The notes under the pieces: model-generated
Database searches by the model: none
What the model was told of the DNA's origin: nothing
What the model saw: the letters and a program-made list of their open reading frames with translations, nothing else
Shown: piece by piece, positions 23,591 to 31,035 of the stretch
How the letters are laid out: each line of letters begins with the position of its first letter
Numbering within the stretch: position 1 is the first letter of the stretch
Translations under genes and position numbers: made by a program
Assembly (NCBI GenBank): GCA_964460635.1
Contig: CAYWQG010000001.1
Location: 1 to 32,407 of the forward strand
Origin: Candidatus Woesearchaeota archaeon
Lineage (GTDB): Archaea > Nanobdellota > Nanobdellia > Pacearchaeales > GW2011-AR1
DNA: 32,407 nucleotides
Direction: 5' to 3'

Positions 23591-24748
23591 TTATTCTTCT
23601 TTAGTAATATTGAAATTAATCGCTTCAGTAGAATTCAATTTCCCAAGATGAACTTTGTATCCATCAATAACCTCTGTAGAATCTTCATTCATAATCTTCT
23701 CAAAAGTCTCATTCCCTTTATGAATTTCTAAAACCACTTTTTTCCCAATATTCCAAAATAAGAACTTTCTATTCTTTATCGCTTTTGGAGTTATGTAGAA
23801 AGAAACATTAGACTGATTATTTTGAGAACTCTCATTTGAACCAATAAAAGTCGACTGATTTAGACCCGAAGTGAAATTCCCTCTAAAAAATCTTCTTCCA
23901 TCTTTACCTTTTATGGTTCTTAAAAGAATTTTTCTTCCCATTTTCTTAGAAAAAACAGTCAAACTAGAAATCTGAACTGATTCACCACCCCTATAAAGAG
24001 AACCTCTCAAAAGTCTAAAGGAATTAAAATTGCTTAAAGTTCCTTCGAACGAGAGAATTGGAGAACCAGTAAAATTTGTTCCTGGATAATCATTTCCTCC
24101 AGAGAATCCTTTTTTTAAAGTATTGAATTCTAAAAAATTTGTATTCCTATCTAAAGTTCCTTTTATTTTATAAGTAGTAGTCACGTCTTCTCTAACAATT
24201 CCTAAAGTTCCAATAAAATTTTTCACAGTTCTATTAAGAGCACTTCCTTGGACAGAGGCTAAGTTTAATCTTATAAGATTTCCTTCGTCGCCACTTGTTA
24301 CAAAACCTTCTCCCCTAAAGAAATCTCCAAATAGAAATAGAAATCTCTTTCTAGTTTTCTCGAAGGGCTTAGATAATCTCCCTCTTTCAAATCCTTTTTC
24401 GATTTGACCATCTTCTCTTGCCTTATAGGAATTATTCAACCCTTTTTTCAATCTGGAAATAACTAATTCTGATTTTTGTCTTTCTATCTCTCGTTCTCTC
24501 TCCACTATTCTTTTCTCAGAATTGTTTTTAAGAACAGACCCATTCAAAAAAGTTTTATTAGAATTTTGTGAAAGTGTCAAATTATTTGTTGAAACATTTA
24601 GGGTATGAAGTCCAATTCCACTATCTGTAGAACCTTGATTCCCATCTGCAAAAACGCCTAAGCTAAGACTTAAGACAGACAAAACCAAAATACCAAAAGT
24701 TAAAAATATTACTCCTTCCAAAGCTTTTTTATTTTCTTTTTTATTCAT
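23591..24748 (-). CDS. Secreted or membrane-anchored protein of unknown function
   Basis: The track ORF starts at a TTG (24778). An in-frame ATG at 24748 is preceded by GGGAGGT with a 7-nt spacer and gives MNKKENKKALEGVIFLTFGILVLSVLSLSLGVFA/DG. There are many sequons, and the motif FFRG..F(V)TSG occurs twice. No family recognised. Confidence 0.7.
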   Translation of the reverse strand: MNKKENKKALEGVIFLTFGILVLSVLSLSLGVFADGNQGSTDSGIGLHTLNVSTNNLTLSQNSNKTFLNGSVLKNNSEKRIVEREREIERQKSELVISRLKKGLNNSYKAREDGQIEKGFERGRLSKPFEKTRKRFLFLFGDFFRGEGFVTSGDEGNLIRLNLASVQGSALNRTVKNFIGTLGIVREDVTTTYKIKGTLDRNTNFLEFNTLKKGFSGGNDYPGTNFTGSPILSFEGTLSNFNSFRLLRGSLYRGGESVQISSLTVFSKKMGRKILLRTIKGKDGRRFFRGNFTSGLNQSTFIGSNESSQNNQSNVSFYITPKAIKNRKFLFWNIGKKVVLEIHKGNETFEKIMNEDSTEVIDGYKVHLGKLNSTEAINFNITKEE

Positions 24749-24755
24749 TTGTATA

Positions 24756-24762
24756 ACCTCCC
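24756..24762 (-). promoter_or_regulatory. Shine-Dalgarno-like GGGAGGT 7 nt upstream of the ATG at 24748
   Basis: The plus strand reads ACCTCCC at 24756-24762. This is the strongest SD-like element seen in the window and supports the downstream start. Confidence 0.5.
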
Positions 24763-24820
24763 GAAATTTAATTGACAATCCTAAATGAAAACGATATTTA
24801 AACTTTCTGTTTTAAAAAAA

Positions 24821-25372
24821 TTATCTAATTTTTAAAAAAATATCTTTAAGTTCCCAGATAAATAATTTTTCAAAAAATAATTCTTTAGAAATAAGAAGTC
24901 TTTTTTTATAATCTAAAAAGTTTATTTTTTTAGTTAAAGAACTCGTTAATAAAAATATCCTTCCATTTTTCCTAAGATGTTTTTTTGAGTGTTTTAAAAA
25001 TTTATTTATTATTTCATTTCCATTTCTCCCCCCATAAATTGCTTTATCTTCAATATTTTTATCTTTAGGTAAATAAGGGGGATTAAAAATTATAACATCA
25101 TACTTATCTTTTATTTTTTTATATAAATCTGATTCAATCGAATTAAATCCTAATTTTATACAAGTCTCGACCGCAAAATTAGAAATATCTGAAGAAAAAA
25201 TATTTTCTTTTTTTACACCTGATTGTAAGGCAGATTCTAATTGAATCCCGCTACCGCAACCAACCTCTAAGAATTTCAAAGAAGAATTTTCTTTTAAAAG
25301 TAAGGGAATTTCTTTTTTTAAAACCCCTAATAATAAAAAAGAATCTTCTCCGGGAGAATATACTTCAAACAT
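24821..25372 (-). CDS. SAM-dependent methyltransferase, HemK/Mtq2-like (release-factor glutamine N5-methyltransferase type)
   Basis: 183 aa. It has an N-terminal VYSPGEDSFLL, motif I EVGCGSG and motif IV IIFNPPY. Its small single-domain size matches archaeal/eukaryotic Mtq2. Confidence 0.75.
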   Translation of the reverse strand: MFEVYSPGEDSFLLLGVLKKEIPLLLKENSSLKFLEVGCGSGIQLESALQSGVKKENIFSSDISNFAVETCIKLGFNSIESDLYKKIKDKYDVIIFNPPYLPKDKNIEDKAIYGGRNGNEIINKFLKHSKKHLRKNGRIFLLTSSLTKKINFLDYKKRLLISKELFFEKLFIWELKDIFLKIR

Positions 25373-25374
25373 AA

Positions 25375-25797
25375 TTAATGAAAGGAACTATTTATGAAAT
25401 TAAGTATACTATCTCTAAAAAAGAAAGCACCTAATAAGACCGAGAATAATAGAAGGAGTACAACAACTAAAATTACAACAACAAAATTATTTTTTTTATT
25501 TCCTTTTTGTGAAGGATATTGAGAAACTGGTCGAGGATTTATTTTTTGAGAAGGATTAACCCCTGAACGAACTCTCCTTCCTTGATTTATAATTTTGTTT
25601 TGATTAATCTGAAGAGATGGTCCAATTTTTTTTACATCAATTGGAACTAATTCAGTTGTCCTTAAAAGTTCTGACGCAGCCCGCTCTATTTCTAAACGAT
25701 TGTAACCGGCGTTATAAAAAGACATCATCGCTTCCTTTATCGGTTCCCCTTTTCTCACCGCCCATTCAAGCCCTCCTTTTATCTCTCCTATTGCCAT
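25375..25797 (-). CDS. Tail-anchored membrane protein, unknown function
   Basis: 140 aa. A small N-terminal helical domain (GGLEWAVRKGEPIKEAMMSFYNAGYNRLEIERAASEL) is followed by a Q/N/P-rich linker and a C-terminal TM (FVVVILVVVLLLLFSVLLGAFFF). Its start overlaps the RNase J stop (TAATG). Confidence 0.6.
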   Translation of the reverse strand: MAIGEIKGGLEWAVRKGEPIKEAMMSFYNAGYNRLEIERAASELLRTTELVPIDVKKIGPSLQINQNKIINQGRRVRSGVNPSQKINPRPVSQYPSQKGNKKNNFVVVILVVVLLLLFSVLLGAFFFRDSILNFINSSFH

Positions 25798-27140
25798 TAT
25801 AATTTTATAACTTTCCCATTGGAAGATAAGAAAACATTCTCATTAAATTTGTAACCCAATTCGGTTGATAATTCTACCATTGGAGTCTCTTGTCTTAAAG
25901 AACCGTGTGCAGGAATTATATTTTGAGGTTTTAACATTTCTAAGAAATCTCTTAAATCTTCTCCTCCTCCGTGGCCTGAAACATGAACATCTGATTGAAC
26001 TCTAACTCCTGCCCTTTTCAATTGGCTGTCCATTCTATCCCTTGCATTAATATTAATTGGAACTGGAATAACACTTGAAGAGAAAATAACATTATCATTT
26101 CTTCTAAATTCAAAGGGAGTCTTTCCCTTGACAAGTCTGTCTAAAATAGAACCTTTTTCCCCCTGATGCCCGGTGCAAACAACTAAATATTTTCCCCTCT
26201 CTTTATTGACTTTTCTTAAAATAGAATCTATCTGTTTCTTATATTTTATTAGAATTATATCTTTAGAAAATGGACACAGATTCAATTTCATTGAGACAGA
26301 AACATATTTGTTCAAACTCCTTCCTAAAAAGATTATTTTCCTTCCCGTCTTTTTTCCAAAATCAACTATACTTTTTAATCGAGCAATATGAGATGAGAAT
26401 GTTGTTATAAATAGGGCAGAATCGTTGTCTGATGCATTTGAAATGGCCTCTTCTAAAAGTTGTCTCGCAATCCTCTCCGAAGGAGTTCTTTTTTCTAAAC
26501 CAGAATATAAAGAATCAACTACTAAACACTTAACTTTTTTCTTGGATAATTCTTTTATCCTTTTATAATTTGGAGGAGGGCCTAAAACTGGATGATTATC
26601 AAATTTAAAATCAAGAGCATAAACGAAAAAGCCCTCTTTAGAATCCCAAACTATAAAGACAGGCTGCAAAGTTGAATGAGTGGTATGTAAAAATTCTAAT
26701 TCTAAATTTCCACTCTTTCCTTTAACTGAAAAATGAGAGTTTGGATTTAAAACTCTCCTTTTATTTCTTATCCTTATTCCTTGATCTTTTGTCAGAGAAT
26801 CAAAAACCCCCATAGTGAATGGTGTTCCAATTAATTCTGCCTTAGGATATCTATCGGCCAAATAAGGTAGTGCTCCAACATGGTCCAGATGCGCGTGGCC
26901 AATTATTATCGCACGAACCTTGTCCGTCCAACCTAATCGGTCTAATACTAAATCATCTGGAATAGCTTTCATATTACGAAGTAACTTAACAGGATAGTTA
27001 GAAGACTCTTCTGTTTCTTGTAATTCTATTAAGGGTGGAAGATAAATTCCAGCATCGAAAATTATGACGTCCTCTCCGACTTTTACTGCAGTCATATTCT
27101 TCCCTACTTCTTCAAATCCTCCAACTGTACAAATTTCCAT
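25797..27140 (-). CDS. rnj: Archaeal RNase J (metallo-beta-lactamase / beta-CASP 5'-3' exoribonuclease)
   Basis: 447 aa. It has GGFEEVGKNMTAV, the MBL motif GHAHLDHVGALPYL and a beta-CASP segment. It has no KH domains, which distinguishes it from aCPSF1. Confidence 0.88.
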   Translation of the reverse strand: MEICTVGGFEEVGKNMTAVKVGEDVIIFDAGIYLPPLIELQETEESSNYPVKLLRNMKAIPDDLVLDRLGWTDKVRAIIIGHAHLDHVGALPYLADRYPKAELIGTPFTMGVFDSLTKDQGIRIRNKRRVLNPNSHFSVKGKSGNLELEFLHTTHSTLQPVFIVWDSKEGFFVYALDFKFDNHPVLGPPPNYKRIKELSKKKVKCLVVDSLYSGLEKRTPSERIARQLLEEAISNASDNDSALFITTFSSHIARLKSIVDFGKKTGRKIIFLGRSLNKYVSVSMKLNLCPFSKDIILIKYKKQIDSILRKVNKERGKYLVVCTGHQGEKGSILDRLVKGKTPFEFRRNDNVIFSSSVIPVPININARDRMDSQLKRAGVRVQSDVHVSGHGGGEDLRDFLEMLKPQNIIPAHGSLRQETPMVELSTELGYKFNENVFLSSNGKVIKL

Positions 27141-27160
27141 TTTACCTTTTCATAGAATAT

Positions 27161-27168
27161 TATTTAAA
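27161..27168 (-). promoter_or_regulatory. TATA box (sense TTTAAATA, part of the 10-bp palindrome TATTTAAATA at 27161-27170) 20 nt upstream of the RNase J ATG (27140)
   Basis: Located in the 76-nt divergent spacer between RNase J and pop5. The palindromic box could also serve the plus strand. Confidence 0.4.
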
Positions 27169-27216
27169 TACCTTTTGTTAATTTTTTTTAACTCATTTAT
27201 TAATAACTTTCCTGAA

Positions 27217-27513
27217 ATGAAATCACTTAAACCAAGTACAAAAGAAAATAAAAGATATCTTCTTATCGAAGGAGATAATTTAAGAGAAGAAATAAAAAAG
27301 GCAATGTTAGATTTTATTGGTATCTTAGGTTATTCTAAATCCGGTTTGAGTTTTATCTTTCCAAAGAAAAAATCAATCGTCCTCTGTATAAATAGAGAAA
27401 TGATTAATTATGTTCGAGCTTCTTTTGCAGTTTGGCCTAAAGAAATAAAAGTTAAAAATGTTTGTGGAACTTTAAAGGGGTTGACAGAGAAAACTAAACT
27501 CAAAAAGAAATAA
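27217..27513 (+). CDS. rnp2: RNase P protein component 2 (Pop5/Rpp14 family)
   Basis: 98 aa from the internal ATG at 27217. The patterns LKPSTKENKRYLLIE, LGYSKSGLSFIF...SIVLCINREMINYVRASFAV and CGTLKGL parallel archaeal Pop5 (KKRYIAF...LG..G...VRC.R..V...R.AL...SGTIK). The upstream part of the track ORF (27064-27216) is antisense to RNase J. Confidence 0.8.
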   Translation: MKSLKPSTKENKRYLLIEGDNLREEIKKAMLDFIGILGYSKSGLSFIFPKKKSIVLCINREMINYVRASFAVWPKEIKVKNVCGTLKGLTEKTKLKKK

Positions 27514-27532
27514 TCTTTTAAGAAATATCTTC

Positions 27533-28102
27533 TTAATATTCTTCGGATAAAATTTCAAAATAATTAGAAGGATGACCACAAGAAGGGCACGCTTTCGGCG
27601 GTTCGTTTCCTTCATAGACGTATCCACAAACTCTACAAATCCAATAAACTTTGTTCTCTTTTTTGAAAAGAGAATTGTTTTCCAATTCTTTGAGTAATTT
27701 TATATATCTCTCCTCATGATGAGCTTCAACCGAACCTATCGCTCTTAACCTCTGCGCTATCTCTGAAAGACCTTCTTTTTCTGCAACATCTGCAAAACCA
27801 GGATACATTTCAGAGTTCTCAAAGTGCTCTCCTTTTATAGCTGACTTTAAATTTTCTATTGTACTACCCATTGTTGTCACCGCGGAAGCTTCCACTATAA
27901 TATCTTCTGAGTTCTCTTTTAATTGATTAATTAAACGTAATAACCATTTCGCATGCTCCCGCTCATTGTCTGCAGTTTTTAAAAAAATATCAGAAAGTTG
28001 TTCAAGACCTTCTTTCTTTGCTATCTTCGCATAAAAAGTATAACGATTCCTTGCCTGACTTTCTCCAATAAACGCCTTCGTCAAATTATTTATTGTTTCC
28101 AT
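27533..28102 (-). CDS. rbr: Rubrerythrin
   Basis: 189 aa. It has ferritin-like diiron E-x-x-H motifs (EREHAKW, EAHHEERY) and a C-terminal rubredoxin-like CRVCG...CPSCG. Confidence 0.9.
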   Translation of the reverse strand: METINNLTKAFIGESQARNRYTFYAKIAKKEGLEQLSDIFLKTADNEREHAKWLLRLINQLKENSEDIIVEASAVTTMGSTIENLKSAIKGEHFENSEMYPGFADVAEKEGLSEIAQRLRAIGSVEAHHEERYIKLLKELENNSLFKKENKVYWICRVCGYVYEGNEPPKACPSCGHPSNYFEILSEEY

Positions 28103-28123
28103 TTTTTATTTAAATAATTCTTT

Positions 28124-28131
28124 TATTTAAA
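28124..28131 (-). promoter_or_regulatory. TATA box (sense TTTAAATA) 21 nt upstream of the rbr ATG (28102)
   Basis: The spacer 28103-28123 is 21 nt. Confidence 0.4.
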
Positions 28132-28256
28132 ACTTTGTGACTACTTTTTGGTTTTTATAGAATTAATTCTTTAAGCAAAATATAATTTTTAAAACTAGAT
28201 AATAAATAAGCAAATTTTACCGAAACTCTTAAAAAGAAGTTCGGTTATTCTGGTTT

Positions 28257-28982
28257 ATGGACATCGGAAGCGAAGTAAAACATCAGACAATGGGCTACGA
28301 TAGAACTGCAACTATGTTTTCTCCAGATGGTCGGTTGTTACAAGTTGAATATGCGGAGAAAGCGGTTCGATCTGGAAGTTCCAGTGTCGGTATGATTTGT
28401 GAGGATGGAGTATTTATATTATCAGATAGAAGAATAGAGGACAAATTGATAATTCCTTCTTCTGCAAATAAAATTCATGAGATTGATTCTCATTTAATCT
28501 CAAGTATGGCTGGAGTTAGTTCAGATGCGAGAGTTCTTGTGGCACGTGTAAGGATTTTATCTCAACAGCACCGGATAACTTATGATTCTCCTATAGAACC
28601 AGAATTAGTTACAAAAGAAATTTCTACGATGAAGCAAAAATTTACACAATATGGGGGGGCAAGACCTTTCGGGGTTTATACTATGCTCGGAGGAATAAAT
28701 TTAACAAATGGAAAACCAGAATTATTTGTAATTAATGTTACTGGGAATTATTATTCTTATTATGCTGCGGCAATAGGGAAGGATGATGATAAGATAAAGG
28801 AAAAATTAAGAGAAAAATACGAAGAGAACCTTACTATAAAAAAAGGTGTAAAAATCGCTCTAAACATTTTCAAAGAAATTCAAGGAAATAAATTTGATTC
28901 AAAGAAATTTGAACTGAATTATATTAATCTCGAAGATAAAAAAATTGTAAAAAAAAGTGGAGAAGAGATAAAAAATTTCTAA
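28257..28982 (+). CDS. psmA: Proteasome alpha subunit
   Basis: 241 aa. It has the YDRTATMFSPDGRLLQVEYA N-terminal signature. An alternative start at 28290 (MGYDR) is possible. A weak TATA-like CTTAAAAA lies 21 nt upstream of 28257. Confidence 0.92.
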   Translation: MDIGSEVKHQTMGYDRTATMFSPDGRLLQVEYAEKAVRSGSSSVGMICEDGVFILSDRRIEDKLIIPSSANKIHEIDSHLISSMAGVSSDARVLVARVRILSQQHRITYDSPIEPELVTKEISTMKQKFTQYGGARPFGVYTMLGGINLTNGKPELFVINVTGNYYSYYAAAIGKDDDKIKEKLREKYEENLTIKKGVKIALNIFKEIQGNKFDSKKFELNYINLEDKKIVKKSGEEIKNF

Positions 28983-29654
28983 ATGAAAACAACAGTTAGA
29001 ATTAAAAGAAATGGAAAGCCTTTTGAGATTCTTGTGGATTTAGATTCTGCCTTGGATTTAAAAAAGGGAAAAATTAATTCTATAGAAATTGAAGGAGACA
29101 GAATTTTTAAAAATGCTAAGAAAGGGGAAGTTTCTGATCAAGCTTCACTTATAGAGGCTTTTAAAACCTCAAATCCTGAAGAGATTGCAATTATAATAAT
29201 AAAGAAAGGAGAAATTCTCACGAATCAGGAATATAGAGATGAAAAAAAGGATCAAAAATTAAAGCAAGTCATAGAACTAATTTCTACAAATGCTATTGAC
29301 CCAAAAACAGGAAACCCGTTGACAAATGAAAGAATAAAAAGTGTTTTGAAAGAGGCAAGAATAAATATAAAAGATGGTCCGGTCGAAGACCAATTAAAAG
29401 ATATAGTCTCAAAGATAAGTGCAATCCTTCCAATAAAGATAAAGTCTCAGAAAATAAAAGTCAACATTCCAGTAATGTATACCGGACAAGCTTATGGTCT
29501 GATTAAGAGATACATAGAGAAAGAAAACTGGCTTAGCGATGGGACTTTAGAAACATTACTCGAAATCCCTTCGGGAATCCTTTTAGATTTTTACGACAAA
29601 CTTAATTCTGTAACTCATGGAAGTGCAATGACTGAAGAAATTTTGGAAGAATAA
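28983..29654 (+). CDS. SBDS/Sdo1 family ribosome maturation protein
   Basis: 223 aa. It has the N-terminal FYSH-domain pattern VRIKRNGKPFEILVD...IF, and its three-domain length is typical. TAAATG junction with psmA. Confidence 0.88.
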   Translation: MKTTVRIKRNGKPFEILVDLDSALDLKKGKINSIEIEGDRIFKNAKKGEVSDQASLIEAFKTSNPEEIAIIIIKKGEILTNQEYRDEKKDQKLKQVIELISTNAIDPKTGNPLTNERIKSVLKEARINIKDGPVEDQLKDIVSKISAILPIKIKSQKIKVNIPVMYTGQAYGLIKRYIEKENWLSDGTLETLLEIPSGILLDFYDKLNSVTHGSAMTEEILEE

Positions 29655-29660
29655 TTTTTT
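29655..29660 (+). terminator. Oligo-T tract (T6) immediately after the SBDS stop
   Basis: TAATTTTTT at 29652-29660. Archaeal termination commonly uses oligo-T. The call is weak in an AT-rich genome. Confidence 0.25.
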
Positions 29661-29863
29661 AGATAATTAAACCAACACCGTCCGAATAATCTTAAACTAA
29701 AAAATAGTTTATATCTTGAAAAAAGATTAACTATGAAAATTAAACGGCCACTCAAACAATCTCTAAGTTCGCGTGAATATTTTCACCATTCCGGATAATT
29801 ATTCATCTTTAAAATATTAAAAATCTTTTTCTTTCCTATGTTATATGCACCCTTCATTTATTT

Positions 29864-30619
29864 TTAAACTTTCGTGAACCATGTTGCCAATCTCTTTTTA
29901 TTTAAAATATCAATAATAGAATCTCCAGCTTTCCCGATAACAAAAATAGAACCACTTTCAACAGTGCGCTTAGCAGCATTTAATTTAGTTTCCAATCCTC
30001 CACTGCCAAGAGAATCTGTTGGAAAACCATCATAATTAGAAACCTCAAACTTATCCGAATTTAGAATCTTCTTACCTCCGGAAATTAGCACGCCAATATT
30101 TGTCAGCACCAATAAAATATCAAAGCCAAATTTCTCTAAAATCTCAACCGCCAATCCATCGTTGTCCCCAAAAGTCAATTCATCCGTCGTCGTTACGTCA
30201 TTTTCATTAACTATCGGAACTACTTTGTGTCCTAAATTTTTATAAGCCGATTTAATGTTCTGCAATTTATCTGAATTCAAATCCTCCTTATTTAATAAAA
30301 ATTGTGCGATGTTCAAACCAAATTTGCCAAAAACATTGGAATATTCATTCATAAGTTTAATTTGTCCTACCGATGCCCGAGCCTGCTTAAGCCCCATATT
30401 TCCATTTTCTTTGATAGTATCAACACCACACCCGACGGCACCGCTGCTTACAATAATAATTTTATTGTTATTTTTTAAAAGTTCAGAGATGTCTCTGGCT
30501 AACTTCAGAATCACATTATGTCGAATTTTACATAAAGTATAATCAAAAACAACCTTTGTCCCAAGTTTAATTATAACTTTTTTATTATTCAAAAAAATCA
30601 AATCGTTATTCGCCATCAT
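29864..30619 (-). CDS. proB: Glutamate 5-kinase, kinase domain only (no PUA domain)
   Basis: 251 aa. It aligns by eye along its length with E. coli ProB: VIIKLGTKV vs VVKLGTSV, IIIVSSGAVGCG vs IVIVTSGAIAAG, and ASVGQIKLM vs AAVGQSRLI. It also matches VPIVNENDVTTTDELTFGDNDGLA vs [24 protein letters not shown], and GSGGLETKLNAA vs GTGGMSTKLQAA. Confidence 0.85.
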   Translation of the reverse strand: MMANNDLIFLNNKKVIIKLGTKVVFDYTLCKIRHNVILKLARDISELLKNNNKIIIVSSGAVGCGVDTIKENGNMGLKQARASVGQIKLMNEYSNVFGKFGLNIAQFLLNKEDLNSDKLQNIKSAYKNLGHKVVPIVNENDVTTTDELTFGDNDGLAVEILEKFGFDILLVLTNIGVLISGGKKILNSDKFEVSNYDGFPTDSLGSGGLETKLNAAKRTVESGSIFVIGKAGDSIIDILNKKRLATWFTKV

Positions 30620-30640
30620 AATTCCACCAAAGAAAAGAAC

Positions 30641-30648
30641 TATATAAA
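30641..30648 (-). promoter_or_regulatory. TATA box (sense TTTATATA) 21 nt upstream of the proB ATG (30619)
   Basis: Consensus octamer. The spacer 30620-30640 is 21 nt and contains GGTGG. Confidence 0.45.
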
Positions 30649-31035
30649 TTTTATCAGAACGCTTAAAATACTCAATTACATATTATAAACATACAAAGAA
30701 TCAAAAAAAATTATCACGAACTCTAGGTATTGCTCTAGGAGAAAGGCGGAAGAATTGATTATATTCAGGAAAGTAGATTGTAAAGAGTAAACTCTTTAAT
30801 CTTTGTTAAATAATTAGTGATAAATTATAAGAAAACGATTTCTTTTTAGAAGACTCTTGAAAAAAATGAAGTTTTATCAAATGGAAATTGTAAGAATTTT
30901 TTAAACAGCCACTACTTATTAAACAAAGCCGGTTAAACCGTAAGGTTTAAAAGTGAAATAAAAAATGTTATATTGTTTATAAAAAATAAGAAATAGTTAA
31001 TAAGATTTGAGATTATTATATTTCTAACAAAAAGA

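Noticed and set aside
27064-27216. N-terminal 51 codons of the 149-aa track ORF containing Pop5
   Set aside because: This part is antisense to the 5' end of RNase J and crosses the divergent promoter. Similarity to Pop5 begins at the internal ATG at 27217 (MKSLKPSTKENKRYLLIE).
27518-27536. Hairpin TTAAGAA-ATATC-TTCTTAA between the convergent pop5 and rbr genes, as a bidirectional terminator
   Set aside because: The stem is 7 bp and nearly all A-T, overlaps the rbr stop codon and has no flanking T-tract on either strand. Such structures are expected by chance in AT-rich DNA.
29733-29798. 21-codon ORF (MKIKRPLKQSLSSREYFHHSG) in the SBDS-proB spacer, and a 12-codon ORF at 30866-30904
   Set aside because: They are too short, have no TATA or SD context at the characteristic spacing, and contain no recognisable motif.
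29741-30913. Possible direct repeats flanking proB (TTAAACGGCCACT at ~29739-29751 and TTAAACAGCCACT at 30901-30913), as insertion-site duplications
   Set aside because: This is a 12/13 match between spacers of 209 and 416 nt. My rough estimate is that one to a few such matches are expected by chance in AT-biased sequence. No integrase, transposase or tRNA target is nearby.
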